Assembly: GCA_016283155.1 (NCBI GenBank)
Contig: JAEEMI010000016.1
Coordinates: 44,726 to 108,725, forward strand
Direction of reading: 5' to 3'
DNA: 64,000 bases
Origin: Clostridia bacterium
GTDB lineage: Bacteria > Bacillota > Clostridia > Christensenellales > UBA1242
Part shown: one piece after another, positions 24,764-37,200 of the stretch
How the letters are laid out: every line of letters starts with the position of its first letter
Position numbering within the stretch: position 1 is the stretch's first letter
The notes under the pieces: generated by a model
What the model was told of the DNA's origin: nothing
The model's database searches: none
Seen by the model: only the letters and a program-made list of their open reading frames with translations
Position numbers and translations under genes: made by a program

Positions 24764-26938
24764 TCAGTATGGCATATCTTTAAAATATTGTAAATATTTA
24801 TTCAAACAGGAATTGCGTTTCTTCGTAAAGGTGTTCCCTACCATCTTTTGAATATTTTCTTGTTTTCCAACTAATACCACTAAACGTTTTGCTCGAGTTA
24901 CTGCTGTATATAAAAGATTACGTGTCATAATCATATAGGCTCCTGATACAACCGGAATAACCACCGCATCAAATTCACATCCTTGACTTTTGTGAACTGT
25001 AATTGCGTATGACAAAGTTAATGCTGATAGTTCAGAACGTGGATAAATGGTAACACGCCCATCTTCTAGTTCAACTGTAATCTCACCACTGAATTTATTA
25101 ATTGTCGCAATTTTACCGATATCGCCATTGAAGATACCTTTTCCATCTTCATTATCCTTAATCCATTCTTGTTTATAGTTATTGACAGTATGCATTACAC
25201 GATCGCCAACACGAAAAGTTGTTTCACCATATAATAATTCAGTTTTATCCTCCGCTGGAGGATTAATAATTGCTTGCAGACATTTATTCAAATTAATTAC
25301 CCCGGCCACTCCTAATTTCATTGGTGCTAGAACTTGCACCTTACTACTATCAACATTTAAATATTGTGGCAAACGCTTTGAGCACAAACCTAAAACTTCA
25401 TCCTTAATTTTCTCAGGTGTTTCAGCATTACTATAAAAGAAATCTGAACTTTTATTATCTAATATTGGCATTTCACCGTGATTAATTCGGTGAGCATTAA
25501 TCGCAATTGTTGCATCTTCTCCAGTACGATAAATTTGTGTCAAACGAATTGTTGGTACAACATCTGATTCAATAATATCAGCTAAAACATTACCCGCACC
25601 AACAGATGGTAATTGATCACTATCTCCAATAAAAACAACTTTCGTTCCAGCTAATATTTTACGTAACAATGAAGCCATTAATAAACAATCACACATTGAA
25701 ACTTCATCAACAATTACCATATCTTGTGTAATAAAACTATTATGTGGATCGTGTGAAAATTTTTCCAAACACCGATGAATTGTCATTGCCGGCTGCCCTG
25801 TAGTTTCCTCAATTCGTTTAGCTGCCCTACCTGTTGGAGCTAACATTTGCGTACTATATTCATTAGCACGATTAATGTATAAAATTGCTTTAATAATTGT
25901 TGTTTTTCCTGTACCGGGTCCACCAGTAATTACTGTTACACCACCAGTTACCGCCTGACGAATTGCTTCCTTTTGTGTTTCGTGAAAAGTAATACCTTGT
26001 AATGCTTGATAATGTTCAATTAAATCATCAACATCATTAGGCTGTTTTGTATCTTGCATTAATAATAACAATTTTTGTGCAATTGCTTTTTCTGCATTAA
26101 AGAAACGAATCAGTTGTAGACCTTGTACGCCATCCATATCAACCGGCACAACTAAACGATCAATACATAATTCATTGATAATCGTATTAAATGTCGGTGT
26201 TAGTTCATCCATTTTGATCCGTAATAAACGACACACTTTGCTAATTAAATCGGGCATTGTTACGTATGTATGACCATCGGTTTCCGCACTTACTTTCAAA
26301 ATATGCACTACTCCTGCACGTACACGAAAAGTTCCGTTATAACTTACACCAAGTTTTTTTGCCATATTATCGGCAGTAGTAAAACCAACTCCATCAATTG
26401 TTTCAATTAAGATGTACGGATTTTTTGCGACCGTTGCAATTGTATCTTTGCCATATTGTTGATAAATTTTTAATGATAAATTTAAACTAATTTCGAAACG
26501 ATACAACCACATCATCACAGATTGCATTTCACGTACGGCCATATAATTTTCAGAAATACTTTGCGCTCTTGCAGCCGAAATTCCCTTTACCTGTGTTAAA
26601 TCTTCTGGATGCGATTCAATCACCGCTATCGTATCTAGTCCGAATTTTTTCACAATTTTACGTGCTGTTGCTGGTCCAACACCAGGTAACAAACCACCGC
26701 CTAAAAATGCTAAAAGTTTTTCCTCGCTATCTGGAGGCATTAAAGTCATTTCAGTAAAAGCAAACTGTTTACCGTGTTTTGCATTATTAACAAATTCACC
26801 AATAAACTTATACTCCGCTCCAACTGACACCATTGGCGCAATTCCTACTGCAGTCAAATTATTATCCAACCGCAAAACGCGATAACCGCTTTCTTCGTTA
26901 GCAAATACAACCGCCGACACCGTTCCCTGAATTTCCAT
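24764..26938 (-). CDS. recD2: SF1B ATP-dependent RecD-like DNA helicase (RecD2)
   Basis: 724-aa ORF. MEIQGTVSAVVFANEESGYRVLRL N-terminus, HhH region, Walker A GGPGTGKTT, DEVSM, GDSDQLPSVGAGNV, SYAITVHKSQGCEF, YTAVTRAK. Confidence 0.9.
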   Translation of the reverse strand: MEIQGTVSAVVFANEESGYRVLRLDNNLTAVGIAPMVSVGAEYKFIGEFVNNAKHGKQFAFTEMTLMPPDSEEKLLAFLGGGLLPGVGPATARKIVKKFGLDTIAVIESHPEDLTQVKGISAARAQSISENYMAVREMQSVMMWLYRFEISLNLSLKIYQQYGKDTIATVAKNPYILIETIDGVGFTTADNMAKKLGVSYNGTFRVRAGVVHILKVSAETDGHTYVTMPDLISKVCRLLRIKMDELTPTFNTIINELCIDRLVVPVDMDGVQGLQLIRFFNAEKAIAQKLLLLMQDTKQPNDVDDLIEHYQALQGITFHETQKEAIRQAVTGGVTVITGGPGTGKTTIIKAILYINRANEYSTQMLAPTGRAAKRIEETTGQPAMTIHRCLEKFSHDPHNSFITQDMVIVDEVSMCDCLLMASLLRKILAGTKVVFIGDSDQLPSVGAGNVLADIIESDVVPTIRLTQIYRTGEDATIAINAHRINHGEMPILDNKSSDFFYSNAETPEKIKDEVLGLCSKRLPQYLNVDSSKVQVLAPMKLGVAGVINLNKCLQAIINPPAEDKTELLYGETTFRVGDRVMHTVNNYKQEWIKDNEDGKGIFNGDIGKIATINKFSGEITVELEDGRVTIYPRSELSALTLSYAITVHKSQGCEFDAVVIPVVSGAYMIMTRNLLYTAVTRAKRLVVLVGKQENIQKMVGNTFTKKRNSCLNKYLQYFKDMPY

Positions 26939-27016
26939 TAATGATTCATTATATAAACCAAACCAAACCTTGGCAATGAAATGATAAAAATTATCTAAAA
27001 AACTTTGTCCATAATA

Positions 27017-27045
27017 TTGACTTTACTTTAAATTTTTCATATAAT
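27017..27045 (+). promoter_or_regulatory. consensus promoter placed for a leaderless transcript of the 27052 gene
   Basis: TTGACT (27017-27022), 17 nt, TATAAT (27040-27045). The ATG starts 7 nt after the -10 and there is no SD. Confidence 0.55.
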
Positions 27046-27051
27046 TGTAGT

Positions 27052-28161
27052 ATGAAATTAAAAAATATTAACACAAATTTATTTAACAAACAAAGCATAA
27101 AAGGTACAGCTCTGGCGTTATTACTTGCTTTAGGCATTCCAACCACGGCAATAATGAACACCAGTTGCCAAAATCCGAGTAGCAATGTCATTCAACACGA
27201 GAATCCGGATCCGGATCCACATAGCGATCCTGAACAAAAACCGGAAGATCATCAAACGCCCGAAGAAACCAATTACACATTTAAAACCAAAAATTTGGGT
27301 GGCGAAAACAGCGGCTTAAAAATGTACGAATGGTACTATAAAATTCCGCTTGAAAAACAAGACGATGGCGATGAAATGATTAATTATGCTTTGCCAATTT
27401 ACAAAGCCTATGCTAAAGGTTTGGAACAACAATTGGAAAAAGATTTGGCTACCGTCCAAATTGACAAAACGAACGAAGCCAAAGGTAAAGCAATGTTGCA
27501 ACGTTTAAATGATTATTGTGGAACGGTTAAACAAGCCCTTAATTCCAATGACATTGACACGATTATCAACCAAATTTACAACGAACTCATCAACATTTAT
27601 GGACCATTGGTCCAAAGTTATGATACACAAAATGGTATGGAAAATCGTTATAAAATTGTTTACCCATTTGAAATTTTATCTAACGAAGTTTATGGCAAAA
27701 TTGGAGACAGAACAGAAAAGATGGCAAACGAATACAAAAACAACAAAAACAATCTGGTTGATTGTATGAAATATTGCGGTATGTCCGCTGCGGATAGAGC
27801 TGCAGACATTAACAATAATAATTGTCAAGTTGTTACCACGATGCATTTTGACCAAATGGTAGATGCTTTCCAAAACTGTGGTTTAATTGTCAACCAAAAA
27901 TTTGTGGCTGACCTTACCAACTTGGGGCTTTCGGCTCGTTCAATGGATAATTTAGATAATGTAACTAAAACATCTACTGATAATACAAAATCCAATCACA
28001 ACTGTCAAAAAAGATTGACACTTGATAATGATATGGAACGTGCATTATGCGGTCAAAAACAATATTCATTAACCGCAAACACCATCAAATTGTCTAAATT
28101 ACAAAATATGACTATTGTCACTAATGAACAAACCAACGATAGCATTATCTATGTTAAATAA
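27052..28161 (+). CDS. putative secreted protein or lipoprotein
   Basis: 369-aa ORF. N-terminal signal-like GTALALLLALGIPTTAIMNTSC (possible lipobox Cys) followed by a P/D/E-rich linker. No recognised family. Confidence 0.5.
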   Translation: MKLKNINTNLFNKQSIKGTALALLLALGIPTTAIMNTSCQNPSSNVIQHENPDPDPHSDPEQKPEDHQTPEETNYTFKTKNLGGENSGLKMYEWYYKIPLEKQDDGDEMINYALPIYKAYAKGLEQQLEKDLATVQIDKTNEAKGKAMLQRLNDYCGTVKQALNSNDIDTIINQIYNELINIYGPLVQSYDTQNGMENRYKIVYPFEILSNEVYGKIGDRTEKMANEYKNNKNNLVDCMKYCGMSAADRAADINNNNCQVVTTMHFDQMVDAFQNCGLIVNQKFVADLTNLGLSARSMDNLDNVTKTSTDNTKSNHNCQKRLTLDNDMERALCGQKQYSLTANTIKLSKLQNMTIVTNEQTNDSIIYVK

Positions 28162-28183
28162 TTAATTTTTTAATACTCAAAAA

Positions 28184-28212
28184 GAAAAGGATGGTTCAGC
28201 ACCATCCTTTTC
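28184..28212. terminator. bidirectional terminator shared by the 27052 gene and the 7,116-aa gene
   Basis: GAAAAGGATGGT-tcagc-ACCATCCTTTTC, a perfect 12-bp stem flanked by A- and T-rich runs. It abuts the giant gene's stop codon. Confidence 0.8.
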
Positions 28213-28214
28213 TT

Positions 28215-31200
28215 TTACTGATTATCCTGACGTTTCCAACTATAGGCTTTGGAACTTAAATCCGTACCATCCAATGGCGACTTAGTACCATCATAATTGG
28301 TCCAGAACGTAATACTTTCGTAGGTATGCTCAACTTTTTGAATACCAGTTGCTGTAGCTTCTTTGTAATCATATTCATTAGCACCTTGATAGAATGAAAT
28401 CCAGTTCCAATCACCATTACGTGCCCAGAATTTCATATAATTGTGGTAACCTTTGAATTCCGGATCATCCGAGAACACACGTTTAATACGGGTACAAGCT
28501 TCTTCAAAGGTATCAAACGGGATATATAATTGGGCGTATTTATTTTCAGGAATACATAGTTTATTACCAGCAATTTCTTCGTTTTTAAGCGAAATCTCAT
28601 CTAGACACAACGCCATTTTATCATAATCAACAACGGGTTGATAAACGGGTTTAGCTTTTTCAACATATGTAGATATATTTACAGATTTTGCACCTCCTTG
28701 ATGTGTTATATACGATGATACTTTTCCATACTCTTCTAACCTTTCACCTTCTTTTAATCCCCAATAATCATAACGATTAGGAATCGTAACTAAATCACCT
28801 GTAGATATATAATCACTTGGTCCCATCGTTATTGTTATAGAAACAGATCTATCACGTGTGCATTGATCAAAATCATAGTAACTAAATTCATCGTGTGTTT
28901 TTCTAAAGCGATACAAATCATATCTACTGGTCCAAACATTTAGAATCTCTTTTGCATCTGAATTATTCATAGAAGAATCACCAACTATTATTGCTGCACT
29001 AGTATCAGTTCTAGCTCCATAAAGAGCATACCCTTTGTCATTATAATTGACATAATCATTAATTCTAGAAGTAAGTGTACGTTCTTTATAAAGTTCGTTG
29101 TATTCATAGCGGTCTTGTACCGGACGGATATGTGTATCTTTTACGTTTGGATACAATCTTTTTCCATCATCATCGGTTTGATTCCAACCAATGGCATTTT
29201 TAGCAACTTGTTTATATTCATCAGATAATTTATTTAACGGCAACGCAAATACTGAACTTTGAATCGTTCCAGTTTCTGGATCTGTAACTTGTTCACCACT
29301 GCTGTGAACACGTGGGAATACCGTGGTACTGATTTTACGGTTCAAGATTGGTGTCGTAATTTCATCTTCACTGGCTGCACTACCTTTCTTCGCGTAATAT
29401 TCAATGTTGTTTTCGTATTTTTCCATTCGTTTCCAAACGGCATACGCTTCAATGGTTAACCAACCATCATCGGACTTTTTGGTTTCGGTTTCGCCCTCTT
29501 CGTTGGTTTCTTCGTATTCGCCACGTTGTTGTTTATAATTATCATCGTATTTATAAATGTTAATCCATTCGTAATAATTACGGAATGTCATAAATGGATT
29601 ACCGTCGTTATACCAATCCAAACAATATTCCACCAAGTCCGACGTAATCGCCACTTCGGTGGCACCGTTATATTGAATTTTACGACGATTTTCACGGTTC
29701 AAAACCCAACGGTAATCTTCGCCATTGAATTTATTTACACCATCAATTTTCAATTTATCCGCCAAACCAGCTTTGACATAATAAATGTAATGGTTTAACG
29801 TAAAATATTTTGCATCATTATCACTAAATGTTTGTGCCCAACGGAAATAATCCGCGGTGCGACCGTGTGCACGGAACAATTCCATAAAGGCTTCACGGTC
29901 TGAACCAAAGGTCATTGCCGGTGCTAATTCGGTTTCTGCGGCAACGTTTTTAGTAAATCTAGTCAATGCAGCCTGTTGTGCTGCAGCATCTCCATCAAAT
30001 GGATTTTTAAAAGTTGTCGCATCAGGAATATAACTAACAATACCCGTAATATTGTCCGCTGGAACATCGTATAATTCAACATTACCGCCGTTAAACAACG
30101 CTTTGAACAACAAATAATCGCCGTAATTACTATACCACGTATCAACACCAGATTCATTCGGAACAAATTCTGCGCCTAAAACAATTTCGGTATATTCCGC
30201 CGTCGTAAATGTTTGATTTGGATCGGTACTATCATTTTTAAAGCCCGACAAACCTTTTTCAGTTACCGAATTCCAGTCATCAACTAAAGCATTTGAACCA
30301 GGAGTACGTGTAACTGTAAACTCACCATTAGCATTAACTTCAGAAACCATCGCATAATCACCTTTCGGATCATCATTCCATTTTTCACCACGAATAGCGT
30401 GCGCTTTGATTTTGTCAAATTCTTCCGCTGTAAAGCCTTCTTGACGCCACCACAACGCTTCTTCTAAATAATCTGAAAAATTATTTGTATGTTCAGTGCT
30501 ATATTCTACATTACCACTTTCATCTTTTACATGGTTACTAATCATCCACAAAAAATCGTTGATAACTTGACGGGCAATCTTATAGTAACGTGTTTTAATT
30601 ACATTATTATCTTTATCTTTTTCTTCAACAAAGAAATCTGGATAATTACGCGACGTTGCATCATTTAATTCTGGTTCTGTCAATTCATAAATCAATAAAA
30701 TATCTTTACCCGCTTTATTTGATTCAGATGAACCGCTGGAACCGCTAGTATTAACCGTAATTTCACCAAACATTTTATTGTTATCGGTATCGATATATAA
30801 TGCAGCACCAATAAGATTATTGACATCAGCCATTAAATTGATTGCAGTGTTATTATACAGTTGATATTGTTTGCCATCACCATTAGTAAACGTTTCCGCA
30901 CCTGGCAAACTCCAAACGCCTGATGGTTCATCTGTATCAAACACGTGGTCAGCATCGATATCAGAATACCAACGCGAGTTATTATTGTTGTCATCTTGAC
31001 TCATAACTTGGATCTTATCATCGACATAAACGGCACGATAATTATTGTTATCACTCTTAATGCAACTTAAAACATTACCATAAGTCGTTGCCGATAATGC
31101 ATATTTCAGATTTTCACCTTGAATTTCATACGCATCATTAGCATTTTTCGTGGCGTAATATTTTTTAATAAATTCAATTTGTTCTTCAGTCCAACCATAT

Positions 31201-34200
31201 TGTTTACACTTCAAAGCAAAGATATAGTTATCCGTGGCAGCATCAGAAACTTCTAAAGTATCATTAGTTGTATTTCTATCGATTAGATCATACAAAGTTC
31301 CACCTAGCCCAACCATTTCTTGATACTTAGTAATCATTAATCCTAAATTTTCTTTAGCCGTTAAATAACTACTTAGTGCTTCCCATTCGTGTTTATTGCC
31401 ATTTGTATCAATATAGGAAATAACGCCCGCTTCCGATTTAACTTTTGTTGCATCTAAGTCGGTCAAACTGGCAACCCAATTTAACTCAACCGCACCAATT
31501 GAACTAATACGGGCATCGCCATTACCTTTATGACCGGTTTTAATCCATTTAGTTTCATTAGTAGTTACAATAGCTGTTTCGTGCTTCATTAAGTAAATAA
31601 ATTCAGGGATAGTTAAAGCATTGGATGATTCTTTCAAAATATCATTAGTATAAAGATAGAGAACGTAATCGGCGGTATCTCCTACGTTAGTTACCGCAAA
31701 ATCATTCGGAACATTATAAGTTTCAATAACAACATTCTTATCGTCTTTATATTCAAGCGATTTACCATAGAGATTCCTCATATAGTAATAATATTGAGTT
31801 AACGACAAACTCCAACCATTACCACCCATATTAAATGGACTATTTTCCTTGACTGAATTAACCGCATAATTAATATAGACTTGTAATGGGTCAACATTGC
31901 TAAATTTTGTAGCATCGGTAATTGGTGTCGCTAATAACGCTTTCAAATCACTATTGACAGCAACCTTTGATGCATTAGTTACTGTGGTTTTTCCATCTTC
32001 ACTAACAGTTTTAACGTATTGAACAATTTCGTCGTCACCTGTTTCAGTGTATATCTCGCGTTTCAACGCTAAATAATTTTCATAATTATTCCAATTAAAA
32101 TCAGCATTTTGTGCACCAGAAATTCCCTTCGAGATTTCATATTTATAGGTAAAGAATTCAATTGCTTTCTGTTGACGCTTCGTACGATACGTATCCAAAT
32201 TGCCAGTGAAATCTTTCTCACTCTCACCCGTAATGTCAACATCTACGGTACTAACTGCACTGTACGCTAAGTAACTTTTGTAATCGTCAATAACTTTGTT
32301 TGAGGTTTTATTTTTACCGTCAACAATAGTCGTTGTGGTCAACGCATTATTATGGGCAGTATCATTCCAGCGGTTGAAAATATTATTTTTATCTAACCAA
32401 TCAGTTAATTCTTTCAAAGCCGCAATGTCATATTTTTCAACAAACCTATTCGCGCCATCCACATAAACGATATCGATTTTAGTTGGTAAACTGCGGACCC
32501 ACGGTTCCAACATTTCAATACGCGTTACCAAATCTTTATTGCTAATGGTGTTCGACAAATATGTCAAATATTCATCGTAAACCATTGTTTGAATCTTACG
32601 TGTACTATTTTCCACAACACCAAACTGATTAAATGGCACTGCTACGTCATTATTAAATGTATATAATCCCGGAGTTGCAAAATCAGTTGCCGAAACGTAA
32701 CCCATATTAGCTGGGAATTCAATTTGTAATGATCTAGTATATTTGATACCGTCATTATTACTATACAATTCAACAGTTTCACTGCGACCAACAATTCGAC
32801 CAAAATAGAAACCAACATTTTGCGCTTGATACGATGTAACTTGAACTGTACTATTATTAATATTTGTATGCGTGTTAATTGATTCAGTAACTAAACCATT
32901 TTTACCGTTGGTTCCAACGACACCACCAATAACATATTGATATTTGCTATTTGTTGGTGCCAAAACGTTAGCGCTAATGTTGATATTTTCAACAACACCA
33001 CTATGACCGTCTCCGAAACCGCCGTTATAACCAACCGCACCACCGACAGTCATACCCCAATAACGTTGTTGTTCACTCTCACCACCTTCAGCAGGATCTT
33101 TACGGAACACAAATGAATTTTCCCCAGCCGAACTGGCAACAGTCCAATTATTTAAGGCCATTGCATTATAAGTTTTACCACTGGTAATGTTGCCATCCGC
33201 ATCTCTCTCAATTTCACCACCGGTAATTTTACCTAAATTGATACCGACCAAACCACCTAAATAATATTTACCAGTCAAACTTGCCAAACTTTCAACAACG
33301 GGTTTTTGCAACTCAATTGTTTCATCCATAATACCAATTAATCCACCAGCAACGTTACCTGCCACATTCTTAATCGCACCAGATACATTACGAATTACAA
33401 CTGTTTCATAGAAATACTCACCTGAGCCGCTATCGACTAACTCATTCAATGGCTGACCATTTATATCTTTTAAGAACCACTTTGATTCTGAGTTATAACT
33501 ACCACAATTTGCACTGGCAATGGGTTTACCGGACGCATCTTTTTGTTCAATAGTCTTATTGAAAAAGCGGGAACATATTTCGGTTTGGCCAAACGAATTA
33601 ATATAGCGATAGTTATTGGGATTAGAAGTAACAAAACCAAAAACGCCACCGGCAGCTCCGTAACCTTGTTCATAAGAAATATTTAGTGCTTCTACCTTTG
33701 CATATAATGTTTGTCGACAATATTCTTCACCCGAACTAAATGAATTAGCACCAACATCGGATATTTTATTTTGGAAATTAGCCGTAACCGATACAGAACT
33801 ATATAGATTATAGTTTTCAACAACTATTTCATTATTATAGTCACAAACCACATTCAAGCCAACGAAACCACCAACAATGTTGGCACCTTTAATTGTACCG
33901 GTACACTTTACACTAACATCGACGAAACTGGTGTTAATTGCAATACCTGCAATACCACCAACATAACGTGCGGTTGAATTAATTGTATCAATTTCAAAAT
34001 TAACGTTACGGAAGGTTGCATATTCAGTCTTACCGAATAACCCCATTGTTGCCAAATCATTGGTAACAGTACTTAAATTAATACCGCTGAATGTTAAGCC
34101 ATTACCTTCAAAAGTACCACGATAAATAATCTTATATGTATTTCTAATACCACTGATACTGATATTATCAATTAAACGAATATGATTATTTTGATAATTA

Positions 34201-37200
34201 TTTTCAATATCGGTTAAGGCTTTTGTTGTATTTTTATCTGATTCGGTCGCTTGTCCAACCGAATGATATAAATTATTTTCAAATTCATATTTATTCCAAA
34301 TCAAATATGGATTTTTTTCAGAACCAAGTTCATAAAGGTATTTAGCTGCAACTTGATCGTTACGACAACTAATCACAATATCATTAGCAGCACGCAACAT
34401 CGGGCCTTCGGTAGTCATCATCCAAATTGTATTTTTTGCTGAAATTCCCCAATCAGAGTTATTGTTTGTACCAATGGAGTAACCTTCGTAATTTTTAATC
34501 TCGTCATATTTGTCAGAATTATTTTTACCACTTAACAATCCCTTCAAGACACCGTTCCATTCATCACTAATACTAAGACCAACTGCATTACCCGCATAAA
34601 TCAAATTAGATAAATTAGCCGTATTAACAGTATCTTCAAGTTCATCACCATTACCATTGATACATACGAACGGACGATAGAAGTCTAAGGTATTACCACT
34701 TTGCGTAATAATGTTATTATTTTCAATACAATTTTTAATCACACCTTGAGCCGTGTTTTTATAGACGAAACCACCAGCTGCACCTTCGGTACCTGTTTTC
34801 ACAATTACCATATTAACCAAGCAATCAGTAATCGTTCCACTGTTAAGATGTACAAAACCACCTAAAGAGTTACGAATTGTACGGACAGCCCCTGCTTCGG
34901 ATATATGGTTCAATAATGCACGACCTACCGAACGTCCCATTGCATAAGATTGTTGAATAATACCTGTATTTTGTCCGACGAAGCCGCCCAACAAACTGCT
35001 ATAACCTTCTCGCACTTTAGCATTAGCATTGTTAACTACATTACCATCACGGAAGAACGTACTAGTGATAGTACCACTATTCGAACCAACAACACCACCA
35101 ACAATTGAAGATAGAACGTTAACCTGATCAACGTTACCTGTTCCCGTATTTTGTCCTGGACCATATAATTCAATATCAATCAAAACACGACTATTGGTAA
35201 TCATATGTGAGTTAGAACCAACCAAACCGCCCAAGACCACACTAACATTTTCGTTGTTAACCTTAACAAACAACTTAGCCGGTGACACACTCTCAAGTTC
35301 CTGGTTATCATAATATATCATTGGACTATAGTCATCATATTGTGCAATTTCGTGGGTATCACCATCAATTGCATATTTATTACCGGCATCATCTAATTCA
35401 ACAACCCATACGCCGTCTTCATCCTTTTTTAAGCGATAAGCATCTGGCTGTCCATCATTATCATAAAAACGATAGACATTCTTAACTACTTTTTTATTAG
35501 TTTCACTATCAATACCAAGTTCATAGAAATAATAATCTTTTTCTACTCCTTCAACTTTCTCAAATAAATAACCATCTTTATTGAACGGTAAAGCCGACGT
35601 AAATGTTTTACCTGTAATTGGATTAATAATCTGATTAAGGTCACGCATATTAAATTGCCATTGTGACAAGACCGCACAGTTTGTAATTACACCATTGTTG
35701 ACACCAGCTAACAATCCAACATTAACTGAGGTTGTATAATTGGCTAAATTAACTTCCAAGGTTGTTACAGGTGCTTCATCGCTGCCACGTTCAATCACAA
35801 TTTGTAAATTCATAATTACCGAATCAGCAGGAATTGAAGTAAACATACCAATGTTAGCCGGCGAATTAGTTAAATCAAATCCAGCACTATTAAAGATAAT
35901 TTTATAATTGTTTCCATCTAATACAGTATTTGATGGGAAATCTACAGGTTGCCAACGTCCGTTACGTAAACCAGGAATATTGTACATCACAATATCTTCC
36001 ATCAAAACGTACCTTACGCCAGATTGCAATGACATTAAAACGTTAGCGTTATTCTGTTTGATGAATGCCGTGAAAACACCACCATTACCGTTACCGTTTC
36101 CTCCGTTATTATCATCATCGTCATCATCGTCGTCATCATCACTAGAGTCAATGTATTTATTCCAATCATTAATATAATCAATATAACCTTCGGCTCCAAT
36201 CCTAGAATCATAAATAATGTAAATTGGATTACCGCCAGTGGTTCCATCATCTGATGTATCATTCTCTTTACTGAAATCAGGATCATATTCATCGCTAGTC
36301 GGGTCTAATCTTGGATCATAACGTGGATCAGTTTTATCAGTTGGATCAAAAATTGTGCCACTGCTATTACCCGTAGGATCTGTGCCATTACCGCCAAATC
36401 CACCTTGACCAGTTGATCCGCCACCTTGTCCATTTGAACCACCGCCTTGTTGTTGGCTTCCACTTGGATTGTTTGGATCATATTCGCCGCCACTGGAATT
36501 CGGATTATTTGGATCCGTTGGGTTTGTACCTGTGCTGCCTTGTCCACTTGAACCCGATGGATTGTTTGGATTATTTGGATCCGTCGAAGTACTCGTTCCA
36601 TCCGATGATCCAGAATTATTGTTTCCATTACCATCAGTACCAGTGCTTCCGCCATTCGAACCATTACCACTTGGGTTTGCAAAAGTTTTATCTGTAGTAT
36701 GAATCAAGATTGAACTGGTAATTACTTGAGCTTCATTAGCATTATTTGAATATGATGTTACAATTTGTGAAGAATCAACAAAATTTTGATTTACGTTACC
36801 AACATCATAACTTACATAGCCTGAAACCGTTAATACTGTTGTTGATGCATCAAGAATTCTACGAGTTAAATATGAACGATAATTATAACGTTCAATCACA
36901 TAGTTAACTTGGTGTCCTTCTTGTGGGGTATTTTTCAATGTCAAATACGGATAATGAGCATCATCACTCGACTTTGAATCAAAAGTATTAATTCTTGTTT
37001 CAATACTTTTTACGGTACGTTCAATATATGCTAATTCATCTTCAGCATAATAAGCACTATTCAAGGTGGAACCAGTTTTAATTTCAGGAGTGAAACATAA
37101 GACTACTGCATTTTCATTCAAAGTAACTGAATCAAATTTATCATTACCAATTTTTAATTTCCAGCCAACAACTTCAAACAATACTGGTTTAATTTGTAAT

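Noticed and set aside
24764-24766. Alternative genetic code (TGA=Trp, Mollicutes-like), suggested by the low GC content and reduced-genome look.
   Set aside because: TGA functions as the stop of recD2 and pheS at positions consistent with full-length homologs, and conserved proteins are intact under the standard code.
35908-36702. Cluster of alternate-frame ORFs (35908-36177, 36035-36292, 36305-36682, 36413-36697, 36469-36702) that could suggest overlapping genes.
   Set aside because: They coincide exactly with the low-complexity G/S/N/P/D linker and the (GAY)10 tract of the giant gene. Stop-free alternate frames are a by-product of the biased codon repeats.
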